In this document: positions 20,646 through 29,951 of the stretch, in pieces
Layout of the letters: every line of letters starts with the position of its first letter
Numbering within the stretch: position 1 is the stretch's first letter
From: an uncultured delta proteobacterium
Lineage (GTDB): Bacteria > Myxococcota_A > Polyangia > Fen-1088
Assembly: GCA_963737265.1 (NCBI GenBank)
Contig: CAVTRY010000022.1
Span: forward strand, 1-64,000
DNA: 64,000 nucleotides
Reading direction: 5' to 3'
Translations under genes and position numbers: made by a program
The notes under the pieces: generated by a model
Told to the model about the DNA's origin: nothing
Database searches by the model: none
What the model saw: only the letters and a program-made list of their open reading frames with translations

Positions 20646-21017
20646 CTACGAGACCCAATTGGCGGCAGCGAGAAGAACTTGCAACACCACCTCGCTGACA
20701 CCGACGGGCGGTCCCACGGTGACCACGACGCCCGGATGGCGGGACTCGGCCTCGGCGGCGAAGCGCGGCAGGTCGGCACGGCTGTGCCGCCCGTGCAGCA
20801 GTAGATACGGCAACACCAGCACCTGGCGTGCGCCCTGGGCCACGAGCTCGTCGATGGCCGCGGGAACAGTCGGCGGTGAAAGCTCGAGATGTGCGCCAGC
20901 GACGAGATCGTCGGGACGCATCCTTTTTAGCGTTGCCACCAAATCGGCGAGATGCGCCTCGGCGCCCGGCCAGCGACTACCGTGATCCACCACCACCAGG
21001 CCATTGCGATGAGACAT
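20646..21017 (-). CDS. CbiX/SirB-type sirohydrochlorin chelatase (single domain)
   Basis: VDHGSR, AHLELSPP, LPYLLLHGRH. Confidence 0.85.
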   Translation of the reverse strand: MSHRNGLVVVDHGSRWPGAEAHLADLVATLKRMRPDDLVAGAHLELSPPTVPAAIDELVAQGARQVLVLPYLLLHGRHSRADLPRFAAEAESRHPGVVVTVGPPVGVSEVVLQVLLAAANWVS

Positions 21018-21080
21018 GAACAGCGACGCCTTTCGGCGCGGCGCCGGCCGGCTTCGCGAAGAACAGACTGGCGCGGTCCT

Positions 21081-22379
21081 TTAGGCCAACGCCAAGGCTT
21101 CGTCGAGCGCTTCGAGCAGATCGTCGGGGTGCTCGATCCCGACGGAAAGACGCACCAACTCGGGCGTCAGTCCGCCTTCGCGTCGCTGCGCTTCCGAAAG
21201 CTGCGAGTGCGAGGTGCTGGCCGGGTGCAGAATCAAGCTCTTGGCGTCGCCGACGTTGGCCAAGTGAGAAAACAGCTTGATGTTGTCGATCAGCTTCACC
21301 GCCGAGGGATAACCGCCCTTCACGCCGAACACCACCATGCCGCCGAAGCCATTCTTGAGGTACCTTCCCGCCCGGTCGTAGGTCGGGTCGTCCTTGAGAC
21401 CGGGGTAACGAACCCACGCGACCTTCGCGTGTTTCTTGAGATGCTCGGCGACCTTGAGCGCATTTTCGCAGTGGCGAGCCATGCGCACCGGCAAGGTTTC
21501 GAGCCCTTGCAAGAAGAGGAAGGAATTGTCGGGCGAGATTGCGGCGCCCAGGTTGCGCAGGGGGACCGTGCGCACGCGCAGCGCAAAGGCGATGGGGGCC
21601 AGCGCGTCGGGGAGGTCGTGGGCCCAGCGCAGGCCGTGGTAGTTGCTGTCGGGCTCGTTGAGCAGCGGGAAGCGCGGATTGTTCTTCCATTGGAACTTGC
21701 CCGAATCGGTGATGATGCCGCCGATGGCTGCACCGTGACCGCCGAGCCATTTGGTCAGCGAATTGACGACGATGTCCGCGCCGTGCTCGATGGTGCGCAG
21801 AAGGTAAGGCGTGGTGAAGGTGGCGTCCACGATGAGCGGCAGGCCGTGCTTGTGAGCGACGTCGGCGACCGCGGCGACATCGGTGAAGTCGAGCACCGGG
21901 TTGCCGATGGTCTCGATGAAGATGGCGCGCGTCTTGTCGGTGATGGCCTTGGCAAAGTTCTTCGGCTCCTTGGCATCGACGAAATTCACCTTGATGCCGA
22001 ACTGAGGAAGGATGGAGTCGAACTGCGTGTAGGTTCCGCCGTAAAGGTTGTTGGCCGAAACAATCTCGTCGCCGGCCTGCGCGAGCGTGATGATAGAATA
22101 GAAGACCGCCGAGGTTCCCGACGCCACCGCCACCGAAGCCGCCCCGCCTTCGAGCTGGGTCACCCGCTGCTCGAGGATATCGGTGGTCGGGTTCATGAGC
22201 CGCGTGTAGATGTTGCCCAGCTCCTTGAGCGCGAAGAGGTTGGCTGCGTGCTCGGTGTTCTTGAAGACATAGGATGTCGTCCTATAGACGGGCACCCCGC
22301 GCGACAAGGTGGCGTCGGGGGTTTGCCCGGCATGCAGGGCGAGGGTTTCAAAACGGTAAGGTTTCACGCTCATGGTCAA
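21081..22379 (-). CDS. metY: O-acetylhomoserine/O-acetylserine sulfhydrylase
   Basis: GNIYTRLMNPT, SLTKWLGGHG, HLANVGDAKSL, HPASTSHSQL. Confidence 0.9.
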   Translation of the reverse strand: MTMSVKPYRFETLALHAGQTPDATLSRGVPVYRTTSYVFKNTEHAANLFALKELGNIYTRLMNPTTDILEQRVTQLEGGAASVAVASGTSAVFYSIITLAQAGDEIVSANNLYGGTYTQFDSILPQFGIKVNFVDAKEPKNFAKAITDKTRAIFIETIGNPVLDFTDVAAVADVAHKHGLPLIVDATFTTPYLLRTIEHGADIVVNSLTKWLGGHGAAIGGIITDSGKFQWKNNPRFPLLNEPDSNYHGLRWAHDLPDALAPIAFALRVRTVPLRNLGAAISPDNSFLFLQGLETLPVRMARHCENALKVAEHLKKHAKVAWVRYPGLKDDPTYDRAGRYLKNGFGGMVVFGVKGGYPSAVKLIDNIKLFSHLANVGDAKSLILHPASTSHSQLSEAQRREGGLTPELVRLSVGIEHPDDLLEALDEALALA

Positions 22380-22472
22380 TCCTCTCTACGTTGTTCGCGG
22401 TTCCCTTTCTTGTAGCACGACACCTTTTGGCGTCAATCATAAAAGACCAATGTCTTGTAAACAGGATTGGTG

Positions 22473-23123
22473 CTAGCGCGCGTAGATGATGAGGTCGTGG
22501 TAGCGCCCCTCCGAGGTGCCCGGGTTTTCGTAGGCGTGGGTTTCATCGGCGCGAAACGAGACCGAATCGCCCGCGCCCAGCTCGAAGACGTCATTGGCCA
22601 CGCGCAGGTTGAGCGTCCCGCTCAACACCACGACGATTTCACGGGTGCCGGCGGCGTGCGGGTCGGAGGCGTGCGAGGAGCGCGCGGCAAGTCGCAGCTC
22701 GTAGAGCTCGACCCAGGGGTTCGATCCCGCCGGCGAAAGGGGACGGCTTTCCATTTTTCCATCGGACGACCGCAAGACCTGGGCATCGCTGCGGCGGAGG
22801 ACGGAGACGCCCTGCTCTTGGCCGCCGATAAGCTCGGAGAATGGAATGCCGAGGCCGATGGCGATCTTCCACAAAACCCCGAGCGAGGGATTGCTCTTGA
22901 ACAATTCGATCTGGGAAAGCGCGGCGCGGCTCACGCCCGAAGCAACCGCCAGCTCATCGAGCGAAAGCCCGCGCGCCTTGCGTTTCTCCCGCAGCTGCAC
23001 CCCAACCCGCCGGGCCAGATCCGCCGCGCCCACGTCATCACCGGGCGGAAGGGGAACACTCCGCATGGTCGCGGCTGGCGTTCGTTTGCTACTGACCTCG
23101 ACGGACGTCTTTTCTTTCTTCAT
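22473..23123 (-). CDS. XRE HTH + cupin transcriptional regulator (SutR-like)
   Basis: GLSLDELAVASGVSRAALSQIE...NPSLGVLWKIA; C-terminal cupin with HAAGTRE and HAYEN. Confidence 0.88.
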   Translation of the reverse strand: MKKEKTSVEVSSKRTPAATMRSVPLPPGDDVGAADLARRVGVQLREKRKARGLSLDELAVASGVSRAALSQIELFKSNPSLGVLWKIAIGLGIPFSELIGGQEQGVSVLRRSDAQVLRSSDGKMESRPLSPAGSNPWVELYELRLAARSSHASDPHAAGTREIVVVLSGTLNLRVANDVFELGAGDSVSFRADETHAYENPGTSEGRYHDLIIYAR

Positions 23124-23396
23124 GCGCTCCTCGCTACGCGGACCATAGCATCACAGATGGGTCGATGCAGAATGCCCGCAACCACGGAAGGTCGCACGTC
23201 AGGGATGCGGCCCCGAATCCCGGACCCCCTGGCTCACAATCCTGACGTGCGCCCCACCACGGACGACAGCCGATGTCAATCGGCTCTCGACGTGACGATC
23301 CATCACGACCCGATTTCTCATTTGGAGGTGTAGGTGTGTTTCTTACTGGACTTCTCACACCCACGCCCTCACGATTGGCGAATTCAGGAGCTCTAA

Positions 23397-24743
23397 ATGA
23401 GATTTGGTGCTGTACGGACCATTACATTTCTCTGCGCTGCCGGAGTAACTGCCTGCGTGCCCAAAGCTCCAACGCCCTCAGCGACGCCGAGCTCCGATGG
23501 GACGGGCGGAGCGCCAAGCTCGGGGGCGTCGGGCGGGGCCGCCGGCGGCACGGGTTCGGCCGGCGGCACAAATTCGCCGGGTGGCGTCAAGTCGAGTGGT
23601 GGCTCGTCGGCAACGGTGGGTGGTGTTTCCTCCGGCGGCATCATCGCCCCGGGCGGCGCGATCTCTTCCGGCGGCGGATCGCCTGCGGGTGGCACAACCC
23701 CCTCGGGCGGCGGATCGAGTGGTTCGGGTAGCTCGGGCGGCTCCACTCCCTCCGCTGGCGGCTCGACCGCCACCTGTACCGATACGCCCCCGCCCAGCCA
23801 GAGCAATCCATGTTCGGACTGGTTGGCCTGGGGCAACTGCCCGACCAGCTACTTGGTGGACAACAACTATTGCAACAAGACCTGCGGCCGATGCGGCGGT
23901 GGCGGACCAGGGGGCGCGACCAGCTCAGGCGGCTCGTCGGCACGCGGTGGTTCAGCCGGCGCGAACAGCTCGGGCGGGGTGGCCGGCTCCGGCGGCGCGT
24001 CGGCACGCGGTGGTTCCGGCGGCACGAACAGCTCGGGCGGCGCCAGCAGCTCAGGCGGGAGCAGCCCGTCCGGCACCAATCCACCTATCACCGGTAGCAA
24101 CGGATTTGCGACGCGCTACTGGGACTGCTGCAAGCCATCGTGCGCGTGGACGACCTCGGTGCCAAGCTGCGGCAAGGATGGTACTTCTAGAATCACCGAC
24201 AAGAATGCAAGCAGCGGCTGCGACAACGGGGGCAGCGCTTTCGAATGCTACGATTTTTCGCCGTGGTACGACGCCGGCACCAACATGTCCTACGGGTTCG
24301 CCGCCCACAACGGCGTTGCTTGTGGCGCTTGCTTCCTGCTCCAATTCACGGGCGACGGCAATTCCGGTCCCAACGCCGGCGCTTCGGCCCTCAAAGGGCA
24401 GCAGATGATCGTACAAGCGATCAACATTGGAGGTATCGACAACTCTCAGTTCGATCTGCTCATTCCCGGTGGTGGGGTGGGCGCCATGACGAACGGCTGC
24501 TCGGCACAGTGGGGTTCGTCCACCGACTTTGGGCAGACCTACGGCGGGCTGCTGGCTGAATGCAAAGACGACGCAAATTGCATGAAGGGCAAGTGCCAAT
24601 CGGTCTTCGGCAGCATGCCGGCTCTGCTGGCCGGCTGCAACTGGTTCACGGGTTGGTTCAACTCGGCGGACAATCCCAAGGTGATCTACAAGCAGGTCAC
24701 CTGCCCGTCGCAAATCACCTCGAAGAGCGGAGTGTCGGGTTAG
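23397..24743 (+). CDS. Lipoprotein GH45 endoglucanase with Gly/Ser linkers and a small six-Cys module
   Basis: Lipobox VTAC; ATRYWDCCKPSCAW and QFDLLIPGGGVG (both catalytic Asp motifs). Confidence 0.92.
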   Translation: MRFGAVRTITFLCAAGVTACVPKAPTPSATPSSDGTGGAPSSGASGGAAGGTGSAGGTNSPGGVKSSGGSSATVGGVSSGGIIAPGGAISSGGGSPAGGTTPSGGGSSGSGSSGGSTPSAGGSTATCTDTPPPSQSNPCSDWLAWGNCPTSYLVDNNYCNKTCGRCGGGGPGGATSSGGSSARGGSAGANSSGGVAGSGGASARGGSGGTNSSGGASSSGGSSPSGTNPPITGSNGFATRYWDCCKPSCAWTTSVPSCGKDGTSRITDKNASSGCDNGGSAFECYDFSPWYDAGTNMSYGFAAHNGVACGACFLLQFTGDGNSGPNAGASALKGQQMIVQAINIGGIDNSQFDLLIPGGGVGAMTNGCSAQWGSSTDFGQTYGGLLAECKDDANCMKGKCQSVFGSMPALLAGCNWFTGWFNSADNPKVIYKQVTCPSQITSKSGVSG

Positions 24744-24833
24744 TTCGCAGGCGCGTGTGCGCTTGAGCACGCGGAAAAGACGGCGCGAGCAATCTTGCAC
24801 CAAACGGGTATAGTCAACTCTCGGAGGGTTTCA

Positions 24834-26774
24834 ATGCGCTTCATTCCTCCTGCGCGGATCGTCGCAGTTTCGGGTCCCTTGCTGGTTCTTTCTTTGCTGG
24901 GCTTGGGCTGCGCCAATTCCGCCGTCATCGAGAATCAGAGTGCTGGCGGCAGCTCAGGCGGAGGGGGAATCGTCTCGATTAACCCCGACGCAGCCAGCAT
25001 CTCGCTCAAGATGGACGGTCCGAGGGGTCGGCTGGGTTCGGACGCGCCGCCCGCGCCGGGTTGTGGCAATGGTATATTGACTCAAGACGAGGCCTGCGAC
25101 GACGGCAACAACGTGTCGGGCGATGGCTGCGCCGCCAACTGCCTCAGCGTCGAGCCGGGCTTTTCGTGCGTGACGCCGGGACAGCCGTGCCGCCCGATCG
25201 CGCGTTGCGGGGATGGAGTCACGGTTTTTCCCGAGCAATGCGACGACGGAAACAAGACCGCCGGGGACGGCTGTTCGGACTCGTGCAAGGTTGAAATTGG
25301 CTTCAAGTGCACCGTCGGTGTCAGCAGTCAGAATCCCAGTGTCTGCACGCCCACGACGTGTGGGGATGGCAAGAAGGAAGGGGCCGAAGCCTGCGACGAT
25401 GGTAACGACATGCCCTTCGATGGCTGTTCGTCCGACTGTCAAAACGAGCCCAGTTGCAAGACTGCGGGTCCGTGTACATCGAAGTGTGGCGACGGCATCG
25501 TGCTCAACGAGGAATGCGACGACGGTAACAACACCGACGGCGACGGCTGTTCGTCGGACTGCAAGATCGAAAAGGGCTTCACCTGCTCGCAGCCGACCCT
25601 GGGTGACAAGATGTTGGTGCCCGCCGTGTATCGAGATTTCAGGTTCCAACACCCGACCGATTTCGAGGCCGGCGTCGTGGGTTCGACCACTGCGTCCGTC
25701 GGCATCGTCAAGAGCGATTTCGACGCAGATGGAAAGCCGGTGTTCACCGGGCTGACAGGCGGGGCTATCCACATCGCAAGCCAGGACACTTTCTCGCAGT
25801 GGTACCGCAATACCGACGGCGTGAATCACGCCAATCCCTCGAAGCTGGCGCTGTGGAACAACGGCAGCGGCGCATACGTCAACCGCTACGGGGCCAATGG
25901 CGAGCAATGGATTTCCAGCGAACCGGCCTACTATTGCGGCAACGTGGGGGCTGAGCTGACGGACGCGACCGGAAAACCCATCCCCTGCACGTCCAAGTAC
26001 GGCGCCACCGACTGCGACAAGGAGGTTGCCGCCGGCAAGGTCATGCTGCCGGGTAGCTGCACCGTCTCGAACACCTCCTACGTCGCCCGCTTCATCGTTT
26101 CCAAGATGGACGGTAATCCGCTCTTCTTCCCGGTCGACGGCGATCCCTTTACCCCTGCGTCCGAGTTGCATTTTGCGCAAGTTCCGCCCTACTACGATCC
26201 GCAGGGAACCTGGCCGCACGACGTAGACGCGAATGGGAAGGACATTCTGCACAACTTCAGCTTCACCAGCGAAGTCCGCTATTGGTTCAAGTATCAGGCG
26301 GGCCAGTCCTACGAGTTGGATTTCACCGGCGATGACGACGTGTGGGTCTTCGTCAACAAGAAGCTGGCGGTGGACCTCGGCGGCATCCACACCCCGGTGC
26401 CGGGCTCGGTCACCCTCGACGCCACTGCGGCCGCAAAGTTCGGCCTCAGCGACGGAAATGTCTACGAAGCCGCGGTTTTCCAGGCCGAGCGCCAAACCAC
26501 CGGATCGTCGTACAAGCTCACCCTGAGCGGCTTCAATGCGGCACCCAGCCTGTGCAAGCCTGTCTGCGGCGACGGCATTCTCTCCATCGGAGAAGAATGC
26601 GACGACGGCCCGGCCAACGGCACCGGCGGCTACGGCACGTGCGGCGCGGACTGCACGCTGGGTGCCTTCTGCGGCGACGGAATCGTCCAAGCCGGAGAAG
26701 ATTGTGACGACGGCGGCAACAACGGCTTCCCCGGCTACTGCCCGTCCGGCTGCCGCAACATCACCGTGTTCTAG
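24834..26774 (+). CDS. Lipoprotein with myxobacterial Cys-rich repeats (DUF4215-like) and a fibro-slime domain
   Basis: Lipobox LGC; repeated CGDG...EECDDGN...DGC; HNFSFTSE...FTGDDDVWVFVN...DLGGIH. Confidence 0.9.
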   Translation: MRFIPPARIVAVSGPLLVLSLLGLGCANSAVIENQSAGGSSGGGGIVSINPDAASISLKMDGPRGRLGSDAPPAPGCGNGILTQDEACDDGNNVSGDGCAANCLSVEPGFSCVTPGQPCRPIARCGDGVTVFPEQCDDGNKTAGDGCSDSCKVEIGFKCTVGVSSQNPSVCTPTTCGDGKKEGAEACDDGNDMPFDGCSSDCQNEPSCKTAGPCTSKCGDGIVLNEECDDGNNTDGDGCSSDCKIEKGFTCSQPTLGDKMLVPAVYRDFRFQHPTDFEAGVVGSTTASVGIVKSDFDADGKPVFTGLTGGAIHIASQDTFSQWYRNTDGVNHANPSKLALWNNGSGAYVNRYGANGEQWISSEPAYYCGNVGAELTDATGKPIPCTSKYGATDCDKEVAAGKVMLPGSCTVSNTSYVARFIVSKMDGNPLFFPVDGDPFTPASELHFAQVPPYYDPQGTWPHDVDANGKDILHNFSFTSEVRYWFKYQAGQSYELDFTGDDDVWVFVNKKLAVDLGGIHTPVPGSVTLDATAAAKFGLSDGNVYEAAVFQAERQTTGSSYKLTLSGFNAAPSLCKPVCGDGILSIGEECDDGPANGTGGYGTCGADCTLGAFCGDGIVQAGEDCDDGGNNGFPGYCPSGCRNITVF

Positions 26775-26956
26775 AGCACCGAACGGGTTGACGGACCGAG
26801 TGAGATCAAGAAGCTGCGAGCGACCCAAGGCGCGAGGCGTGCTCTAGAGCCAGAGAATCTCTTCGGCGGCGCCCACGTTGCTTCGATCGAACAGGCCCTG
26901 CCAGGTCTCCGCTGGGGTATGTTCCCGAGCAGACCCCGCCTCCCGACGCAACACGA

Positions 26957-27991
26957 ATGAAGCAGCGACGCTCGCCCCACGCCTTTGTCTATCGCGCGGG
27001 AATTGGCCTTTCCGGCACGCACGTTACGTGCGACGCCACCGGCTTCCCAAGCGACCTCATCTTCCTTTCGCACGCGCGCGCTTTGCCGCCGCGTGGGCCG
27101 GCGGCGCTGGCGGACGCACGTGCCGGCCGGCGGCAGATCGTGACGACGGAAAAGACGCTGATGCTTCTTGGCGCCGCGGGCGACAAGCTTCGGCCGCGCA
27201 CCCTGCCGGCTGCGTTCGGCCGGCCCTTCAATCTGGGTGGGCATCGCATTGAAGTCGTGCCAACCGGCTACCTGCCTGGCGCGGCGGCGCTGGTGTGCGA
27301 AAGCGAAGGCCGCTCTCTTTTTTACGCCGGCCGGTTTTGTCCCGAGCCCATCGTTCCCGGCGTCGAGGCCGGCGAGATCCGGCGCGCGGATGCTATCTGC
27401 CTCGATGCCACGTTCGGCGATCCGCTGCTGGTCTTTCCGCCGCGCCGACAGATGGTCGCCGAGGTACGCAGGTTCGCGCAAGAAACGCTCAAGAGCGGTC
27501 AAACTCCGGTGCTGCTGGCCTCGCCCTTCGGCGCGTTGCCGGCGCTCGTGCTGGACCTGGCGCACGCCGGGATCTCGCTGCGCGCCCATCCGCGCGTCGC
27601 CGCGGTGCTGGCCCGGATGCGCGGTGTGTGCGAAGGCCTGCCCGCGGTGCCGCGCTTTGCCGGCAAGCTAGCCGCGGGCGAGGTGCTGCTGTGGCCGCCC
27701 GAGGCGAGGGACAACGCCGGCCTGCAGGCCATTGGCAATCCGTGCTTCGCCCTGGTTTCCGGTTCGGCCGCGGATGCCGAGATGCTGGCTCGCATGCGCG
27801 TGCAGCGCGGGTTTGCCTTGACCAACATGGCCAGTTTCCCCGAGATCCTTGCCACCATCGAAGCCACCGGCGCGCGCGAGGTTGCCCTCTACCATGGCTC
27901 CGCGGACGCGCTCGCCGGGCACTTGCGCGCGCGCGGATACCAAGCCTACGCCCTGGAACCGCCGCGCCAGATGACGCTGCCCGGCTCGTAG
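26957..27991 (+). CDS. Degenerate metallo-beta-lactamase/beta-CASP-fold protein
   Basis: IFLSHA, GYLPGAA, DATFGDP and YHG align with MBL exonuclease motifs, but several His/Asp ligands are substituted. Confidence 0.6.
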   Translation: MKQRRSPHAFVYRAGIGLSGTHVTCDATGFPSDLIFLSHARALPPRGPAALADARAGRRQIVTTEKTLMLLGAAGDKLRPRTLPAAFGRPFNLGGHRIEVVPTGYLPGAAALVCESEGRSLFYAGRFCPEPIVPGVEAGEIRRADAICLDATFGDPLLVFPPRRQMVAEVRRFAQETLKSGQTPVLLASPFGALPALVLDLAHAGISLRAHPRVAAVLARMRGVCEGLPAVPRFAGKLAAGEVLLWPPEARDNAGLQAIGNPCFALVSGSAADAEMLARMRVQRGFALTNMASFPEILATIEATGAREVALYHGSADALAGHLRARGYQAYALEPPRQMTLPGS

Positions 27992-28098
27992 CTCAGGCGC
28001 GAATTTCTAACTCGGCATCTCAAGACATTCCGAGACATTCCGAACCGAACTTTCCCGTTAGGGTGGAAGTCGCGAGCGTTTAGGGCTAGAAATATCCG

Positions 28099-28869
28099 GT
28101 GTTCAATCTCGGATTTGGCGAGATCGTCGTCGTGCTTGTCGTTGCGCTGATCTTTGTCGGGCCCAAGATGCTTCCCGAGCTGGCGACCGGTCTGGGTAAG
28201 ATCATCCGCGAGATCCGGAAGGCCACCGCCGACATCCGACAGGACATCGAGCTCGACGACATCATTCGCAAGCCGCTGCAGGAGCTGCGCGACGCGGCCA
28301 CCCTGGCACCGGAAGAGCTAAAGCGGCGGGACGAGGCCAAGAAGGCGCAGCGCAAGGCCGAAGAAGAAGAAGCCCGACGAAAACAGAGCGAGGCGCAGGC
28401 GAAAAAGCAAAAGCAGGAAGCGCGGCAAGTGGACAAGCAACGCGAGGCCGAAGAGGCAAAGGCCAATCAGGCGCCCGCGGTCCAAGAACAGAAAGAAGCG
28501 CACACCGCCCAAGCGGCGCCCGCACCTGTCGCCGAGCCAACCGTTCCTGCCGATGTCATCACCGCCGGCGGAACTATGGTGCTCAATCCGCCCCCGGCTG
28601 GCGACATAGAGCTCCTGACTCCCTTGCCCGAACTGCTGTCGCCTGCGCCGATCGTGACGGGCCCGCCGCCGCGTCTACCGCCGCCGCCGCCGCCCCGGCC
28701 AACGCCGTTTTCCGTCAAGTCCGCGCAAGCGCCCGCCGACGCGACGGTGGTCGACTTATCGGCGCAAATCAAGGCCTCCGCTGCAACGGCCCTGCCCGGC
28801 GGCGCCCCCGCGGCACCGCCGCTGCCGGGGCGCTTGCCTCCAGGCAGACCGGCACCCAAGAAAGGCTGA
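28099..28869 (+). CDS. tatB: Twin-arginine translocase TatB/TatA-family subunit
   Basis: MFNLGFGEIVVVLVVALIFVGPKMLPEL; directly upstream of tatC. Confidence 0.85.
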   Translation: MFNLGFGEIVVVLVVALIFVGPKMLPELATGLGKIIREIRKATADIRQDIELDDIIRKPLQELRDAATLAPEELKRRDEAKKAQRKAEEEEARRKQSEAQAKKQKQEARQVDKQREAEEAKANQAPAVQEQKEAHTAQAAPAPVAEPTVPADVITAGGTMVLNPPPAGDIELLTPLPELLSPAPIVTGPPPRLPPPPPPRPTPFSVKSAQAPADATVVDLSAQIKASAATALPGGAPAAPPLPGRLPPGRPAPKKG

Positions 28870-28872
28870 GCC

Positions 28873-29784
28873 ATGGCGGAGCACGAAGCGACGAGCGCGC
28901 AGCCTGCCACGGACCAAGCCCCCGCCAAGGATCCCTACCTGGGCGAGACGGCCAGCCCGCCGCAAATCGCGGGCACCTCGCCCCCTGGCGACAGCGATCG
29001 GCCAGGGGAAAAGCGCATGTCCTTTCTCGAACATCTGGTGGAGCTGCGCACCCGCCTGCGTAACGCCGCCCTCGCCTTTCTGCTGGCCATGATCGCGTCT
29101 TTCATCTTCGTCCAGCACTACTTCGATTGGCTCACGCGACCGGTTCGCCGCGGCCTGCGCGACGCCGGACACGAGATGAATTTCTACGCCAAGAGCCTGA
29201 CCGAGCCCTTTTGGGTCTACATGAAGCTGGCGATCGTGGGCGGCTTGCTGGTGTCGGCGCCGTTTATCTTTTGGGAGTTGTGGCGATTCGTCGCGCCGGG
29301 CCTGTACCGCAAAGAACGCCGCATCGGGCTCCTCATCGCCGTGAGCACCGCCGTTTGTTTTCTCGGCGGCGCGGTTTTCTCCTACGCCTTCATGTGCGAA
29401 CCGGCGGCGTACTATCTGACCAAGCTGTGCACGACCTTCGCCGGCGACCTTCCCTTCAAGCTCGACACCATGATCATGATGGACGAAGTCGCGAACTTTC
29501 AGATGATGACACTGGCCGGATGCGGCCTCGCCTTCGAGTTGCCTGTCGTTCTTTCCATCTTGGGCTGGATGGGACTAATCTCCAGCCGCGGGCTGCTCAA
29601 GTTCAACAAGTACGCCATCGTCCTTGCCTTCGTCGTGGGCGCGGTTTTGACCCCAAGCACGGATCCCTTCACCCAGACCCTGCTGGCCGTGCCGCTGTTC
29701 GGTCTCTACAACATTTCCATTCTCGTGCTCTGGCTGATGGAGCGCGCTCGTCGCAAACGCGACGCCGCCCTGGCGGCGACATAG
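28873..29784 (+). CDS. tatC: Twin-arginine translocase TatC
   Basis: MSFLEHLVELRTRL, FVAPGLYRKER, AFELP, LTPSTDPFTQ. Confidence 0.96.
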   Translation: MAEHEATSAQPATDQAPAKDPYLGETASPPQIAGTSPPGDSDRPGEKRMSFLEHLVELRTRLRNAALAFLLAMIASFIFVQHYFDWLTRPVRRGLRDAGHEMNFYAKSLTEPFWVYMKLAIVGGLLVSAPFIFWELWRFVAPGLYRKERRIGLLIAVSTAVCFLGGAVFSYAFMCEPAAYYLTKLCTTFAGDLPFKLDTMIMMDEVANFQMMTLAGCGLAFELPVVLSILGWMGLISSRGLLKFNKYAIVLAFVVGAVLTPSTDPFTQTLLAVPLFGLYNISILVLWLMERARRKRDAALAAT

Positions 29785-29938
29785 GGCCCGTCAAGAAATA
29801 ACCTTGGCATCTCGCCGCCGAACCATCCCGTCTGGCTTCGTTGCTCCTCGCTTACATACCAACAGTATGCGCGCTCGTCGCGCCTCGCCAGCCGGGTGTC
29901 TCGGCGCCGGCCTGACCATGCTATTTCCTGACGGGCCC
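29784..29938 (+). mobile_element. 155-bp MITE with 17-bp terminal inverted repeats
   Basis: GGGCCCGTCAAGAAATA ... TATTTCCTGACGGGCCC (16/17). Internal nested palindrome. Starts at the tatC TAG. Confidence 0.8.
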
Positions 29939-29951
29939 ACAGTTCTCGGTC

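Noticed and set aside
23500-24075. Tandem-like GGC/AGC repeats (also 5620-5980)
   Set aside because: Explained by Gly/Ser-rich linkers of lipoproteins.
24954-26828. Long antisense or overlapping ORFs (e.g. 24954..26828-, 36053..37879+, 20952..22415+, 51011..52480+)
   Set aside because: Shadow frames of real high-GC genes, with no recognisable motifs.
28024-28043. GACATTCCGA tandem duplication upstream of tatB
   Set aside because: A single 10-bp duplication with no supporting context.
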